Source of the DNA: Bacteroidota bacterium
GTDB lineage: Bacteria; Bacteroidota; Bacteroidia; Bacteroidales; GCA-2711565
Assembly (NCBI GenBank): GCA_018816945.1
Contig: JAHIVC010000099.1
Coordinates: forward strand, 64,554-128,553
Direction of reading: 5' to 3'
Length of the DNA stretch: 64,000 nucleotides
Shown here in pieces: positions 8,639-18,267 of this stretch. The number at the start of each line of letters is the position of its first letter. The first letter of the stretch is position 1. A model generated the notes under the pieces. It saw only the letters and a program-made list of their open reading frames with translations, was not told the DNA's origin and made no database searches. The translations under genes were made by a program, and so were the position numbers.

Positions 8639-10801
8639 TTAAATTTTGAATAATTTAGGATGAACCGTTATTGTAACCCTTGTGCCTGCCGGATCTTCAC
8701 TGTTCGTTAATTCATTCAACTTAAACAAATCTTCAATCTTATAGCTCACCTTTACATTTCGAAGTTGCTGATAAAGTTGGCAAATACTATTAGATATACC
8801 AACACCTTTGCCACTACTTAATGATCTATCTTGTGATGCAGCCTTTCGACCAACTCCATTATCTTCAATAATTATAAATATATGTTTGTCTTTTTCATTC
8901 ATGGTTATTTTTAAGAATCCACCTTCCTTTTTTAGTCTTAATCCATGCTTAATTGCATTTTCAGTAAATGTATGAATGAGCATACGCGGTATTTCTCTTT
9001 CACCAAGCCGTTTTTCATCCCAATAAATTTTATAATCAAATACATCCTTAAACCGAATCATTTGCAACTCGATGTAATTTTTTATCATTTCGACTTCGGC
9101 CCTGAGTGTTGAACTAATTTGATCCGATTCATTCAACACCAGTAACATCAAACGCGATAACTTAGTCATGTATTTATAAGCCTCTTGATTTTCTCCCTTG
9201 CCATAAAGAGAGCTTATTGAGTTAAGGGTGTTTAAAGTAAAGTGTGGATCAATTTGGTTTTTAATTGCCAATAACTGAAGTCTGGCCAATTCTTTTTCTT
9301 TCAGTGTATTATTTTGAGTTTTTATTCGTTGAGCCCATTGCATAATAGCAATAAAAAAAACAATTAGAGCATAAGTAAATATCCAAACCAAATACTTAAA
9401 CTTATAGTTTGGATTTCCAGAATAAGAACATAGGTAGGCATCTTCGTTGCTCAACTGAAGAACGAATGATTTATTATCTTTCAACTCACTTCGATGGGTT
9501 ATTGAAAATCCCGAAACCCCAAAAACCTTTCCCTCAAGCTTAATGTTGACAGGACATGACAAATCGTTCTGTATAATTACAAATTCATTTGAGAAGATTG
9601 AATTGGGAACCTGCTTGAAGAAAAATTCATTCTGCCCATCATTGTCCAAATCAATCGGTCTAATGGGAAATCCTTCAATGGGTTTTATTTGCAACGATTG
9701 TATTAGGTTTAAACTTGCATCATAGCATTCAACTAATCCTTTTACATGTGCAATATATAACAAATCATCAATGCTGTTGTTTTTCGTAAATATCCAATCA
9801 TTGGAATATCCGTAATCATTTGCAATACTTTTAGTTTTAAACAATTTGCCATTCAAATCATAAAGTTGAATTTTTTGTTCAACCCTACCTTCTTTTTCTG
9901 TTCCAATGATTGCAGCTATTTTTACACCATTCTCTGTTTTCAGTGGAGCAATATAAGAATGCTGACAGGATACCGGAATGGGATCGAAACGTAAGCTCAA
10001 ATCATGATTCAAAACCATAATATAACTTGAAGAGTCCGGGTATTGTAAATCTTTATTTGAATTATCCCGACTATTGTAAAAAGTATTAGTGTAGGTACTT
10101 AGCAATATCTCATCGAACCCATCCTGATCAATATCGCACAGATAATGTTGAACTAGATCCAAAGAAATCCCAAATGGCGCAGATCGTATAACACTATTTT
10201 TTTGGAGATCCCATGCAAAAATACCTTTAGGTTGTTGACCATAGCCGGTCATGATCATAAAAACAAAATCTTTAAATCCATCTCCGTTTAAATCGGAATT
10301 TCCAATATGATTGATCCATAGGTCGTAGTTAATATCCAAATTATTCAAAGCTTCAACTTGAACTGATTGGGAAATTATTGAGTCGGAAGAATAATGTTCA
10401 AACATATTCAAATAAATTGAATCCGCACTTCTGGTAAAAACAAAAAGCTCATTTTTTTTATTGCCATTAAGATCAGCCGAATACAAATTGTTTCCCTTAA
10501 CCCATGGGTGATCAAGAAGTATATCATATTTCGGGGCATCGGTAGCACTATAAATTGATATATGTGGTAATGTAGGAATTGGTTTTGAAATAGAATGTAA
10601 AATTACCTTTTCACTAAGGCCATCTCCATCAAGTTCAATAAATTTTTGAATAAACTTGTCAGTAGAATTATAGCTTTGATCAATATTAAACTCATATTTT
10701 TGATAAATATCGGGTAAAAAATATATTGCAAGAATAGCAAAGGGCAATGCCAGTACAAATGGATTGAATAATGAACCTTGGTCGTTAAATATGCGATACA
10801 T
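8639..10801 (-). CDS. Membrane sensor histidine kinase (LytS/YehU-type kinase core) with a large FG-GAP/VCBS-like extracytoplasmic domain
   Basis: 720 aa. An N-terminal TM is followed by a ~440-aa external region with four DxDxDG-like motifs (DLNGNKKNELF, DLNGDGFKDF, DIDQDGFDE, DLDNDGQNEF). A second TM (YLVWIFTYALIVFFIAIMQW) precedes QIDPHFTLNTLNSISSL and an HATPase segment (IIIEDNGVG). Confidence 0.8.
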   Translation of the reverse strand: MYRIFNDQGSLFNPFVLALPFAILAIYFLPDIYQKYEFNIDQSYNSTDKFIQKFIELDGDGLSEKVILHSISKPIPTLPHISIYSATDAPKYDILLDHPWVKGNNLYSADLNGNKKNELFVFTRSADSIYLNMFEHYSSDSIISQSVQVEALNNLDINYDLWINHIGNSDLNGDGFKDFVFMIMTGYGQQPKGIFAWDLQKNSVIRSAPFGISLDLVQHYLCDIDQDGFDEILLSTYTNTFYNSRDNSNKDLQYPDSSSYIMVLNHDLSLRFDPIPVSCQHSYIAPLKTENGVKIAAIIGTEKEGRVEQKIQLYDLNGKLFKTKSIANDYGYSNDWIFTKNNSIDDLLYIAHVKGLVECYDASLNLIQSLQIKPIEGFPIRPIDLDNDGQNEFFFKQVPNSIFSNEFVIIQNDLSCPVNIKLEGKVFGVSGFSITHRSELKDNKSFVLQLSNEDAYLCSYSGNPNYKFKYLVWIFTYALIVFFIAIMQWAQRIKTQNNTLKEKELARLQLLAIKNQIDPHFTLNTLNSISSLYGKGENQEAYKYMTKLSRLMLLVLNESDQISSTLRAEVEMIKNYIELQMIRFKDVFDYKIYWDEKRLGEREIPRMLIHTFTENAIKHGLRLKKEGGFLKITMNEKDKHIFIIIEDNGVGRKAASQDRSLSSGKGVGISNSICQLYQQLRNVKVSYKIEDLFKLNELTNSEDPAGTRVTITVHPKLFKI

Positions 10802-10939
10802 GACAATAAAAGCTATAACTTATTACCTACTAATTATAATTTACTACACTTAGTGCAATAATGTTAGTCAATAATATGGTTTCGTGAGGAGTTTATTATA
10901 TGATCATAAAAATCATATATCCTCGGTTAAGTTCCTTTG

Positions 10940-11932
10940 TTAATCCGCCATTTTAAATGAATATAAAATTGCTTCTAATTGTTTTAACAAATCTCGCTTA
11001 TTTTGGCTTGGTGCATATACATATGAGTCGAGTGTAATCACTCTGTTATTTGCTTCATCAACCAAGGTATAACTCAAGAATGGGCCTCCCATATAATCGC
11101 CTTCAGTTTCCCAAAGTCCCCTGGTTTCGATAGCATACAAATTATTAAAATTTACTGTTTTTGTTATAGGAAAAATGACCTGATCGGCAACTTTCATAAA
11201 TGATCCATCTGCCGGACCTGGAATATAGCGCTTGGTCATCATATTTCTTACATTGATGATGATGTCTTTTTCAAATGCATTTTCGTGTAAATAGGGATAG
11301 GAATAAATTATAATCCCCTGGCTATCTTCTAAAGTTTCCTTTCTGATCCACATAAAATTACTGTCTTGCTTTGCAATTTTATAGGCACTTGGAAGAATCA
11401 GGCTAAAATTAAATTTTTCTGATAAAGCATTTGATATGCCTACATTCTGAGCAGTTTTAAACGCATTAATCATTCTTTCCCTTTCTACCTGATTAAATAA
11501 TTCCAGTATTCCCTCTTTATTTTCATCAAATATTTTAAAGAATGATTCGTTGTTAGGGGCAGAAATTTTTATAACCCTTTGTGGGCTTGCCCAGAAGTCT
11601 TTTTTGTTTTCAATCTGAGCATTTGTTATTTTTTCGCTGATGTCAATGATGAGTATATCGCGATTTGATTGGTACATTTTAATGAAGGCTTCTTCCGGTA
11701 AATTAACCATAGAATAAAGTGCCTCAGATTGAGGCAGTCCGATTTGCTCTTGTCCAAAAAATGATTTAATGGCTTGCCCAACACTGCTGTTCCATTGTTC
11801 TTTATTATTTGTAACTACAATCATTTCTAATGTTTTTCCTGTTGAATGAGGAAGTCCATTTGGTTTTGAACATGATTGAAATAGAAATGCACTAAGACAT
11901 AAAATGAAGACTGACCATAAAATGTTTTTCAT
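10940..11932 (-). CDS. Lipoprotein of unknown function (DUF4837-like)
   Basis: The track ORF starts at 11983, but the Met at 11932 gives a clean lipoprotein signal (MKNILWSVFILCLSAFLFQSC) and removes the overlap with the upstream gene. The family call is from memory of similar Bacteroidota proteins. Confidence 0.5.
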   Translation of the reverse strand: MKNILWSVFILCLSAFLFQSCSKPNGLPHSTGKTLEMIVVTNNKEQWNSSVGQAIKSFFGQEQIGLPQSEALYSMVNLPEEAFIKMYQSNRDILIIDISEKITNAQIENKKDFWASPQRVIKISAPNNESFFKIFDENKEGILELFNQVERERMINAFKTAQNVGISNALSEKFNFSLILPSAYKIAKQDSNFMWIRKETLEDSQGIIIYSYPYLHENAFEKDIIINVRNMMTKRYIPGPADGSFMKVADQVIFPITKTVNFNNLYAIETRGLWETEGDYMGGPFLSYTLVDEANNRVITLDSYVYAPSQNKRDLLKQLEAILYSFKMAD

Positions 11933-11966
11933 GCTTGTAGATTTAATGATACATTCTAATCGTTGA

Positions 11967-13643
11967 TTAACCAATAATTGCAATCTTAATTTTCTTTCCC
12001 GGTTCTAAGCGTTTGGTGTTTTGAATATTATTAAGTGCTTTTATTTTTTCAACAGTTACGCCATCATACATTTTAGCAATATCCCACAAAGTATCTCCTG
12101 ATTTTATGGTATGATATAGATATTTTCCGGAAGTATTTGCAGCTATTGCATTCCCCGCTTCTGGTTTGAATACAATTAGTTTTTGCTTTGGCTGAATAGT
12201 AGAACTTTTTAGGTTATTCCATTCTTTCAAATCAGTAATGCTGCATTTATATTTCGTGGCAATTAGTCCAAGGTTCTCTCCGGATTTCACTTCATGAACT
12301 GATTGCTCATTTGAGCGAACAACGGTTTGCTTATTACTGGCCAATACAGCTCCACTTCCGTAAAGAATAAGTTTTTGTCCGGGGAAAATATTACTATTTT
12401 TTAGACTATTCCATTGCATAAGCTGATTTACGTTGCAACGATATTGTTTAGCAATGGAGCCTAAGTTTTCGCCACTGCGAACGATGTGAATATTTCTATC
12501 CGCGACAGATGCTATTTGGGTCATGAGTTTTTCACGCTCGACCCCTTTTTCAGTTTTAAAATTATAAAGTGAATCTTCATTTTCCAAATAAGTATAGATA
12601 TAATCTTTGGGCAAACGAAGAACATATTTTTCGCCATTTGTTGCCGGGATAATGCCCAATTTAAACTGTGGGTTTAAAAATTGAATGTCTTCCATTGGGA
12701 CCTTTAAAAACTCCGATATCTGGTCGAATGATAAAACATCTTTAACTGTGACCGTATCAATCCCTTGATATAAGATTCCGGGATCAATCGGATAAAGATT
12801 GTGTTCGGCAGCAAAATTCATGATATAATTAACTGCTATAAAAGCGGGGACATAATCCCTGGTTTCCCTAGGCAAAAATGGCCATATGGCCCAATAATTT
12901 TTAATCCCCCCAGCTCTGCGAATAGCTCTGTTAACATTTCCTGCTCCGGAATTATAAGCAGCCAATACCAGCGACCAATCTCCATAAATATCATAAAGAT
13001 CTTCCAGGTGCTCACAAGCAGCAATAGTCGATTTCATAGGATCGAACCGATCATCTACATATGAACTTACGGTTAGGCCATAAACTTTTCCGGTACCATA
13101 CATGAATTGCCACAATCCTTTGGCACCAGCTCTCGAACCGGCATTTGGGATTAAAGCAGATTCTACAATGGCCAGATATTTCAATTCTAACGGAATATTA
13201 TACAAATCAAGCTTTTCCTCAAAATATGGAAAATAAATTTTGGCGAGACCAAGCAATCGCTGTGTCAAATTCCTTTTTCTTTCTCCGTATAGCTGAATAT
13301 AATTCTTTACGTTTTTATTGTAAGTAAGTTCAATAGGGGTTTGGGCATTTAAATAAGCTATTCTTGCTTCATAAATTGAATCGGAATAACTTGGAACAAA
13401 TTCAGGAGCGTAATTATAAACATTTAAAACTTCAGAGTTTTCGTTTAAGAAATTATTGGTAAAATATTTAACATTGATCAGGCTGTCCAGCATGATTACA
13501 AGGGTAGAGTCTTCAACAAGTTCTTCCTCTATAAGATCAACCTTTGTTGTGTCGATCACTTGGCTATAACAACTGATGGATGTAAAAAGAAAAAATGATA
13601 TTGCAAATAAGCTTATGGTTATATTTCTATATGGATGTTTCAT
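11967..13643 (-). CDS. Membrane-bound lytic murein transglycosylase (MltD-like), SLT domain plus three LysM domains
   Basis: 558 aa. The SLT catalytic motif is VESALIPNAGSRAGAKGLWQFMYGTG. Three LysM-like repeats follow (HIVRSGENLGSIAKQY, HEVKSGENLGLIATKY, HTIKSGDTLWDIAKMY). Confidence 0.85.
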   Translation of the reverse strand: MKHPYRNITISLFAISFFLFTSISCYSQVIDTTKVDLIEEELVEDSTLVIMLDSLINVKYFTNNFLNENSEVLNVYNYAPEFVPSYSDSIYEARIAYLNAQTPIELTYNKNVKNYIQLYGERKRNLTQRLLGLAKIYFPYFEEKLDLYNIPLELKYLAIVESALIPNAGSRAGAKGLWQFMYGTGKVYGLTVSSYVDDRFDPMKSTIAACEHLEDLYDIYGDWSLVLAAYNSGAGNVNRAIRRAGGIKNYWAIWPFLPRETRDYVPAFIAVNYIMNFAAEHNLYPIDPGILYQGIDTVTVKDVLSFDQISEFLKVPMEDIQFLNPQFKLGIIPATNGEKYVLRLPKDYIYTYLENEDSLYNFKTEKGVEREKLMTQIASVADRNIHIVRSGENLGSIAKQYRCNVNQLMQWNSLKNSNIFPGQKLILYGSGAVLASNKQTVVRSNEQSVHEVKSGENLGLIATKYKCSITDLKEWNNLKSSTIQPKQKLIVFKPEAGNAIAANTSGKYLYHTIKSGDTLWDIAKMYDGVTVEKIKALNNIQNTKRLEPGKKIKIAIIG

Positions 13644-13909
13644 AAAAATGTTTGAATCAATAATTATTTAATGACGAAGCTAAAGTTAAATTATAAACAA
13701 ATTTTGTAATAAAATATTGTTTATCTCTACGAACAAATGGTAAAATGCGCATTTACAAATATATTATTGAATATTTATGAGGATACCATCGATGCGAATT
13801 ACCCTATTTTATATCGAAAATAAGTATAAATTTGAATATAATCCTTAAATGAATTTATTAAAATTAAGATGGGAATACCCAATTAAAATCCAAGGTAACC
13901 GGGATTTGA

Positions 13910-14101
13910 TTATTTTTTATTTTCTTCTTTTTCCTTTTTTTCCTCATCTGGATTCATTCCCTCTTTAAATTCCCTTATTCCACGTCCCAGTCCTTTCATC
14001 AATTCCGGAATTTTTTTCCCACCAAAAAGTAACAAAACTATTGCAACGATTATTATTGCCTGCCATGGACCAACAACGCCCAAAAGTACGAGTAAATTCA
14101 T
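13910..14101 (-). CDS. tatA: Twin-arginine translocase subunit TatA/E
   Basis: 63 aa with a single TM followed by an amphipathic helix: [36 protein letters not shown]. Confidence 0.85.
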   Translation of the reverse strand: MNLLVLLGVVGPWQAIIIVAIVLLLFGGKKIPELMKGLGRGIREFKEGMNPDEEKKEKEENKK

Positions 14102-14125
14102 TTTTTACATTTTTTAAAGTGACAA

Positions 14126-14133
14126 CAAATATA
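14126..14133 (-). promoter_or_regulatory. Bacteroidota-type -7 promoter box (TATATTTG on the minus strand) upstream of tatA
   Basis: The plus strand reads caaatata, 25 nt upstream of the start at 14101. It matches TAnnTTTG. Confidence 0.4.
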
Positions 14134-14190
14134 TGAAATAACAAGAATAATAAAACAAAGAACAAATATAGTACTAAAGATATGGTGCTG

Positions 14191-14583
14191 CTAACTTTTA
14201 AGAGCTTTAATTAACTCTTCCGACCTAAATGGTTTGGTCATAAAATAATCCATCCCAACTTCAAAACACTTATTTTTGTCCTCAGTAAGTACATTGGCAG
14301 TTATCGCAATAATTTTTATAGGGTTTGTTACCTTATTTTCGCGTTCAAATTTCCTAATCTCAATCGTGGCACTAATTCCATCCAAAACCGGCATCTGCAA
14401 ATCCATAAGAATTAAATCGTATTTCCCGGATTTATACATTTCAACAGCCATTCTACCATTGATGGCAATTTCCACATCATGACCCATTTGTTTTAGGTTC
14501 ATCATGGCCACTTTTTGGTTAATCAGGTTATCTTCTGCAACCAAAATGTTTAGCTTTCGTTCTGATGGGTTTATTACAGGCAT
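14191..14583 (-). CDS. Stand-alone response-regulator receiver (REC) protein
   Basis: 130 aa, CheY-like: ILVAEDNLINQ, DLILMDLQMPVLDG, IIAITAN, FMTKP. Confidence 0.85.
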   Translation of the reverse strand: MPVINPSERKLNILVAEDNLINQKVAMMNLKQMGHDVEIAINGRMAVEMYKSGKYDLILMDLQMPVLDGISATIEIRKFERENKVTNPIKIIAITANVLTEDKNKCFEVGMDYFMTKPFRSEELIKALKS

Positions 14584-14597
14584 GATTGAAATTTGGT

Positions 14598-14605
14598 CAA
14601 ATTTA
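14598..14605 (-). promoter_or_regulatory. -7 box (TAAATTTG on the minus strand) upstream of the REC gene
   Basis: The plus strand reads caaattta, 15 nt upstream of the start at 14583. Confidence 0.35.
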
Positions 14606-14778
14606 TTTTAACAAATAATTACAGCACCACGAGCGATAAAATAATTGTGACAATAATTGTAACAATCAGCACAATTACCCTTTCATTAGGTCGAAGTTTT
14701 TCCATGTGTTAATGTAATTTTTATTATTCTTTGTTGTAAAGCTATTAAATTTTGAAATAAGAGTTTCATTTTAATAAA

Positions 14779-14994
14779 GAAAATTCTTAAAGTTGACTAT
14801 CCCCGTGGCAAGCCAAGGGGTACTTGCCTGCGGCAGGCAGGTTTTGCCAACTTTATTTCAGCAAAAAGCTGAAAACCGAATTTTCATTATTTCACCCCTC
14901 TGTCAGTCATTCGACTGACATCCCTGCCTGCGGCAAGGCAGGTCCCCTGAAAATCAGGGGAGAGTATTAGGAAACCTCGCGGCAAGCCACGAGG
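14779..14994. repeat. Multi-hairpin intergenic repeat element, most complete composite copy
   Basis: Consecutive modules are: gaaaattcttaaagttgactatc; ccccgtggcaagccaagggg; cctgcggcaggcagg; the 80-nt core 14846-14925; ctgcggcaaggcaggtcccctgaaaatcaggggaga; cctcgcggcaagccacgagg. Confidence 0.9.
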
Positions 14995-15026
14995 AATTGT
15001 TTGATTCAAAAATTATATCAATGCAT

Positions 15027-15062
15027 AAAAAAAAGAGGGAGAACGAATGTTCCTCCTCTTTT
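15027..15062 (-). terminator. Intrinsic terminator after the TPR gene
   Basis: Stem aagagg/cctctt. On the minus strand it is followed by a T8 run (plus-strand A-run 15027-15034). Confidence 0.7.
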
Positions 15063-15084
15063 ATCAAGATAACTTAACTTTTTA

Positions 15085-16038
15085 TTAATTACACTTTAAT
15101 TCGTTTTTGATTTTATGTTGGGCTGCAGCAACATTTGGTCCGCTTGTTACTTTTTTATAAGCACTACAGGCCTCATTCTTATTATTTATTCCTTCGTAAG
15201 CTCTGCCTAATTCAAAATAAACTTTTGATTTGTCTTTTGTTTCAAGCTCAACAGCTTTTTTACCAAAGTCAACTGCTTTTTGCCAATTTGATAATCCATT
15301 ATTTGCAATCGTTGCAAAATATAAAATTTGAGCATCACCATCTTCATAATTTAAGGCGATATCAATATATTCCATAGATTTAGTAAAATTTCCTGCCTGA
15401 AGCGCTTTTCCTGCATCTGCCCTGAAACTTCTGAATACTGTCAATTTTGCAGCTTCAACAGTTTTATCATCAGCCGGACCAAGTTCGATAACCTTATCCA
15501 TGGCTGCTTTAAACTCTGCTGCTTTATCCTGTTTATTATAAACCAAACCTATGCTATAATATGCCTTAGAATAGGTTTCATCAGCTTGTATTGCTTTCTC
15601 AAAAGATACGATTGCATTATCGTATTCTTCATCTTTATACTGAGCAGATCCTTTTGTTGTATAAACCCTGGCTATATAGTTTAGCGCTTTATCAGAATTT
15701 TCTTTATCATTTATTTTAAGGGCAAATTCGCTTGATTTTTGAAAATCAATAACCGCTTCATCAAATTTTTGGGCCTGATATGCCCCAATACCCATTTTAA
15801 AATATGCGTCAGGAATTTGTGATTCGGCCTTCATTTTCATTTCTTCCCCTTCCTCGCCAAGTTTACTGCAAATATCAATACATTCGGAATAAGCTTTAAT
15901 TGCTGCTGCATAGTCATTTGCTTTAACTGCTGCAATACCATTATTGAAAGCTTCACCGGCTTCATTCATGGTTTGGGAAAATAAGAAAGATGAGAGGCTT
16001 AAAAATGCCACACTAAGAATCAGTTTAATTTTGTTCAT
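15085..16038 (-). CDS. Secreted tetratricopeptide-repeat (TPR) protein
   Basis: 317 aa with a signal peptide and repeated A-x-x-x-Y/F-x-x-A-I/L TPR-like units (e.g. NDYAAAIKAYSECI, YDNAIVSFEKAIQ, YSKAYYSIGLVY). Confidence 0.7.
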   Translation of the reverse strand: MNKIKLILSVAFLSLSSFLFSQTMNEAGEAFNNGIAAVKANDYAAAIKAYSECIDICSKLGEEGEEMKMKAESQIPDAYFKMGIGAYQAQKFDEAVIDFQKSSEFALKINDKENSDKALNYIARVYTTKGSAQYKDEEYDNAIVSFEKAIQADETYSKAYYSIGLVYNKQDKAAEFKAAMDKVIELGPADDKTVEAAKLTVFRSFRADAGKALQAGNFTKSMEYIDIALNYEDGDAQILYFATIANNGLSNWQKAVDFGKKAVELETKDKSKVYFELGRAYEGINNKNEACSAYKKVTSGPNVAAAQHKIKNELKCN

Positions 16039-16078
16039 AATTATCGTCGTTTTTAGTGATTAATTAAAGATTAGCCTG

Positions 16079-16086
16079 CAAATATA
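16079..16086 (-). promoter_or_regulatory. -7 box (TATATTTG on the minus strand) upstream of the TPR gene
   Basis: The plus strand reads caaatata, 41 nt upstream of the start at 16038. Confidence 0.35.
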
Positions 16087-16315
16087 TAAAAACTAACAAA
16101 AAATGAAAATTTCATTTTCTTAAAGTTTCTTAAATCAAAATAATTGCAAAACTAAATCGCAATGTTATATTGAGGGTTTTATATACAATTACCCTACCAA
16201 AGAATGATCATGTCGATCTGTTAACCTGTTCAGATTAATTTGAAGCTTACTTTAACCTTTGTAACTAATCAGTCTACAGCAAGTCGATAAAATTAAGTAT
16301 TTGATTGAAATCTTT

Positions 16316-16407
16316 CTTTGCTTTGTGTCTCTTTGAGCTACTTTGGGTAACTTTGTGTAATAGCTGTGTCACAAAGAACCACAAAGAAGACACTAAGTAT
16401 CACAAAG
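16316..16407. repeat. Helically phased inverted array: CTTTG x5 then CA(C/A)AAG-type x4 at 10-11-bp spacing
   Basis: CTTTG starts at 16316, 16321, 16331, 16341 and 16351. cacaaag occurs at 16370, 16380 and 16401, and cactaag at 16391. The array is ~40 nt downstream of the lysS stop. Confidence 0.85.
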
Positions 16408-16449
16408 AAGACATCTTCACAACCGCTAATTTTTGACAATAATTAGTTA

Positions 16450-18171
16450 CTAACCTTTTATCCATGATTCCAAATCTTCCGATTTAAGACCGGGCGTATC
16501 TAATTTCATTTTTTTACGCAGTCCGCCTAAATCATTCATAAGTTTGTTAGCATCAGCTTGCTTGAAGGCTTCAACGGTATTAAAACCTGCTTTACGAATG
16601 GCAGGAATCCAAACTTCAGGGATTCCTAAATTTTTAAAATCAGCATCAGAAGAAATATTGACCTTTTGTTGAGGGCGCATTTGCGGGAAAAATAAAACAT
16701 CCTGAATTGAATCGGAATTTGTCATGATCATAGATAGCCGGTCAATACCTATTCCAATTCCTGCCGTAGGAGGCATTCCATATTCAAGCGCATTTAAGAA
16801 ATCTTCGTCCAATACCATACTTTCGTCATCACCGCGTTTTCCCAATTCAAGCTGAGATTCAAATCGCTGACGTTGATCAATAGGATCATTCAATTCAGAA
16901 AAAGCATTGCATAATTCCTTACCATTACAAACGGCTTCAAACCGCTCAACAAGTCCTTCAACTTTGCGGTGTTTTTTTGCCAAGGGCGACATTTCAACAG
17001 GATAATCGGTAATAAACGTTGGCTGAATCAATTGTGCTTCGCAGCATTCACCAAATATCTCATCAATCAATTTTCCTTTACCCATACTTGGGTCAATCGG
17101 AACTTGAAGTTTAGCGGCCGTTTCTCTCAATTGACCTTCGTCCATTTCCGAAATGTCTATTCCGGTAAAATGAGTGATAGCCTCAAACATGGTGAATCGT
17201 TTCCAAGGTCTTTTAAAATCGATGATGTTTTTTCCAACCTGAACTTTGGTTGTTCCATGTAAATCCATGGCAACTTTTTCGATCATTTCCTCAGCCAAAT
17301 TCATCATCCATTCGTAGTCTTTGTAAGCTACATATAATTCAATTTGGGTAAATTCAGGATTATGGAAACGATCCATCCCTTCGTTACGGAAATCTTTTGA
17401 AAATTCATAAACACCATCAAATCCACCCACAATCAGTCTTTTTAAATACAATTCATTGGCGATTCTCAGATAAAGCGTCATGTCCAAAGAGTTGTGATGG
17501 GTTTTGAAAGGACGTGCAGCAGCACCACCGTACAAAGGCTGAAGAATGGGTGTTTCAACTTCCAAATATCCTTTTTCGTTCAGAAAAGTTCTCATTGTAT
17601 TCATCAACTGTGAGCGCTTTTCAAAAATCTTTTTTACTGATGGATTTACGATTAAATCAAGATAACGTTGGCGATAACGTTGCTCAGGATCGGTAAATGC
17701 ATCATATTTTTTATCGTCTTTCTCTTTAACTACAGGCAGCGGTTTTAAGGCTTTACACAGAATTTTATATTCGGTAACATGGATGGTTATTTCACCCATC
17801 TGGGTGATAAAAACATAACCTTTCACCCCAATGATATCACCGATATCGAGCAATCTCTTAAAAACAGTATTATAGAGTGTTTTATCTTCACCGGGGCAAA
17901 TGTCATCGCGTTTAAAATATAATTGAATACGAGAAGTTGAATCCTGAAACTCGACAAAGGAAGCTGCTCCCATAATCCTACGACTCATAATCCGTCCCGA
18001 AATTTGAACATCATGATACAAAGACTTATCTTCAGGGAAATTCTTTAAAATATCTTGAATGGCTACATTTGATTTATACTCTTCTGCAGGATAAGGATCA
18101 ATCCCTAAACTAATTAGTTCTTTTAAAGAATTCCTTCTGACTATTTCATGTTCACTCAATTCTCGACTCAT
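16450..18171 (-). CDS. lysS: Lysine--tRNA ligase (class II) with a ~72-aa C-terminal extension
   Basis: 573 aa with an OB-fold N-domain and class II motifs ([34 protein letters not shown]). Extra residues follow ...FFPQMRPQ. Confidence 0.95.
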   Translation of the reverse strand: MSRELSEHEIVRRNSLKELISLGIDPYPAEEYKSNVAIQDILKNFPEDKSLYHDVQISGRIMSRRIMGAASFVEFQDSTSRIQLYFKRDDICPGEDKTLYNTVFKRLLDIGDIIGVKGYVFITQMGEITIHVTEYKILCKALKPLPVVKEKDDKKYDAFTDPEQRYRQRYLDLIVNPSVKKIFEKRSQLMNTMRTFLNEKGYLEVETPILQPLYGGAAARPFKTHHNSLDMTLYLRIANELYLKRLIVGGFDGVYEFSKDFRNEGMDRFHNPEFTQIELYVAYKDYEWMMNLAEEMIEKVAMDLHGTTKVQVGKNIIDFKRPWKRFTMFEAITHFTGIDISEMDEGQLRETAAKLQVPIDPSMGKGKLIDEIFGECCEAQLIQPTFITDYPVEMSPLAKKHRKVEGLVERFEAVCNGKELCNAFSELNDPIDQRQRFESQLELGKRGDDESMVLDEDFLNALEYGMPPTAGIGIGIDRLSMIMTNSDSIQDVLFFPQMRPQQKVNISSDADFKNLGIPEVWIPAIRKAGFNTVEAFKQADANKLMNDLGGLRKKMKLDTPGLKSEDLESWIKG

Positions 18172-18187
18172 GTTTTTAAAATTTTTG

Positions 18188-18195
18188 CAAAGATA
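18188..18195 (-). promoter_or_regulatory. -7 box (TATCTTTG on the minus strand) upstream of lysS
   Basis: The plus strand reads caaagata, 17 nt upstream of the start at 18171. Confidence 0.4.
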
Positions 18196-18267
18196 AGAAA
18201 GTACATTAATTGTTTTTAATAAAATTTGAACTCCATAGTACTCAAACTATCTGTGTTTTATAGCTGG

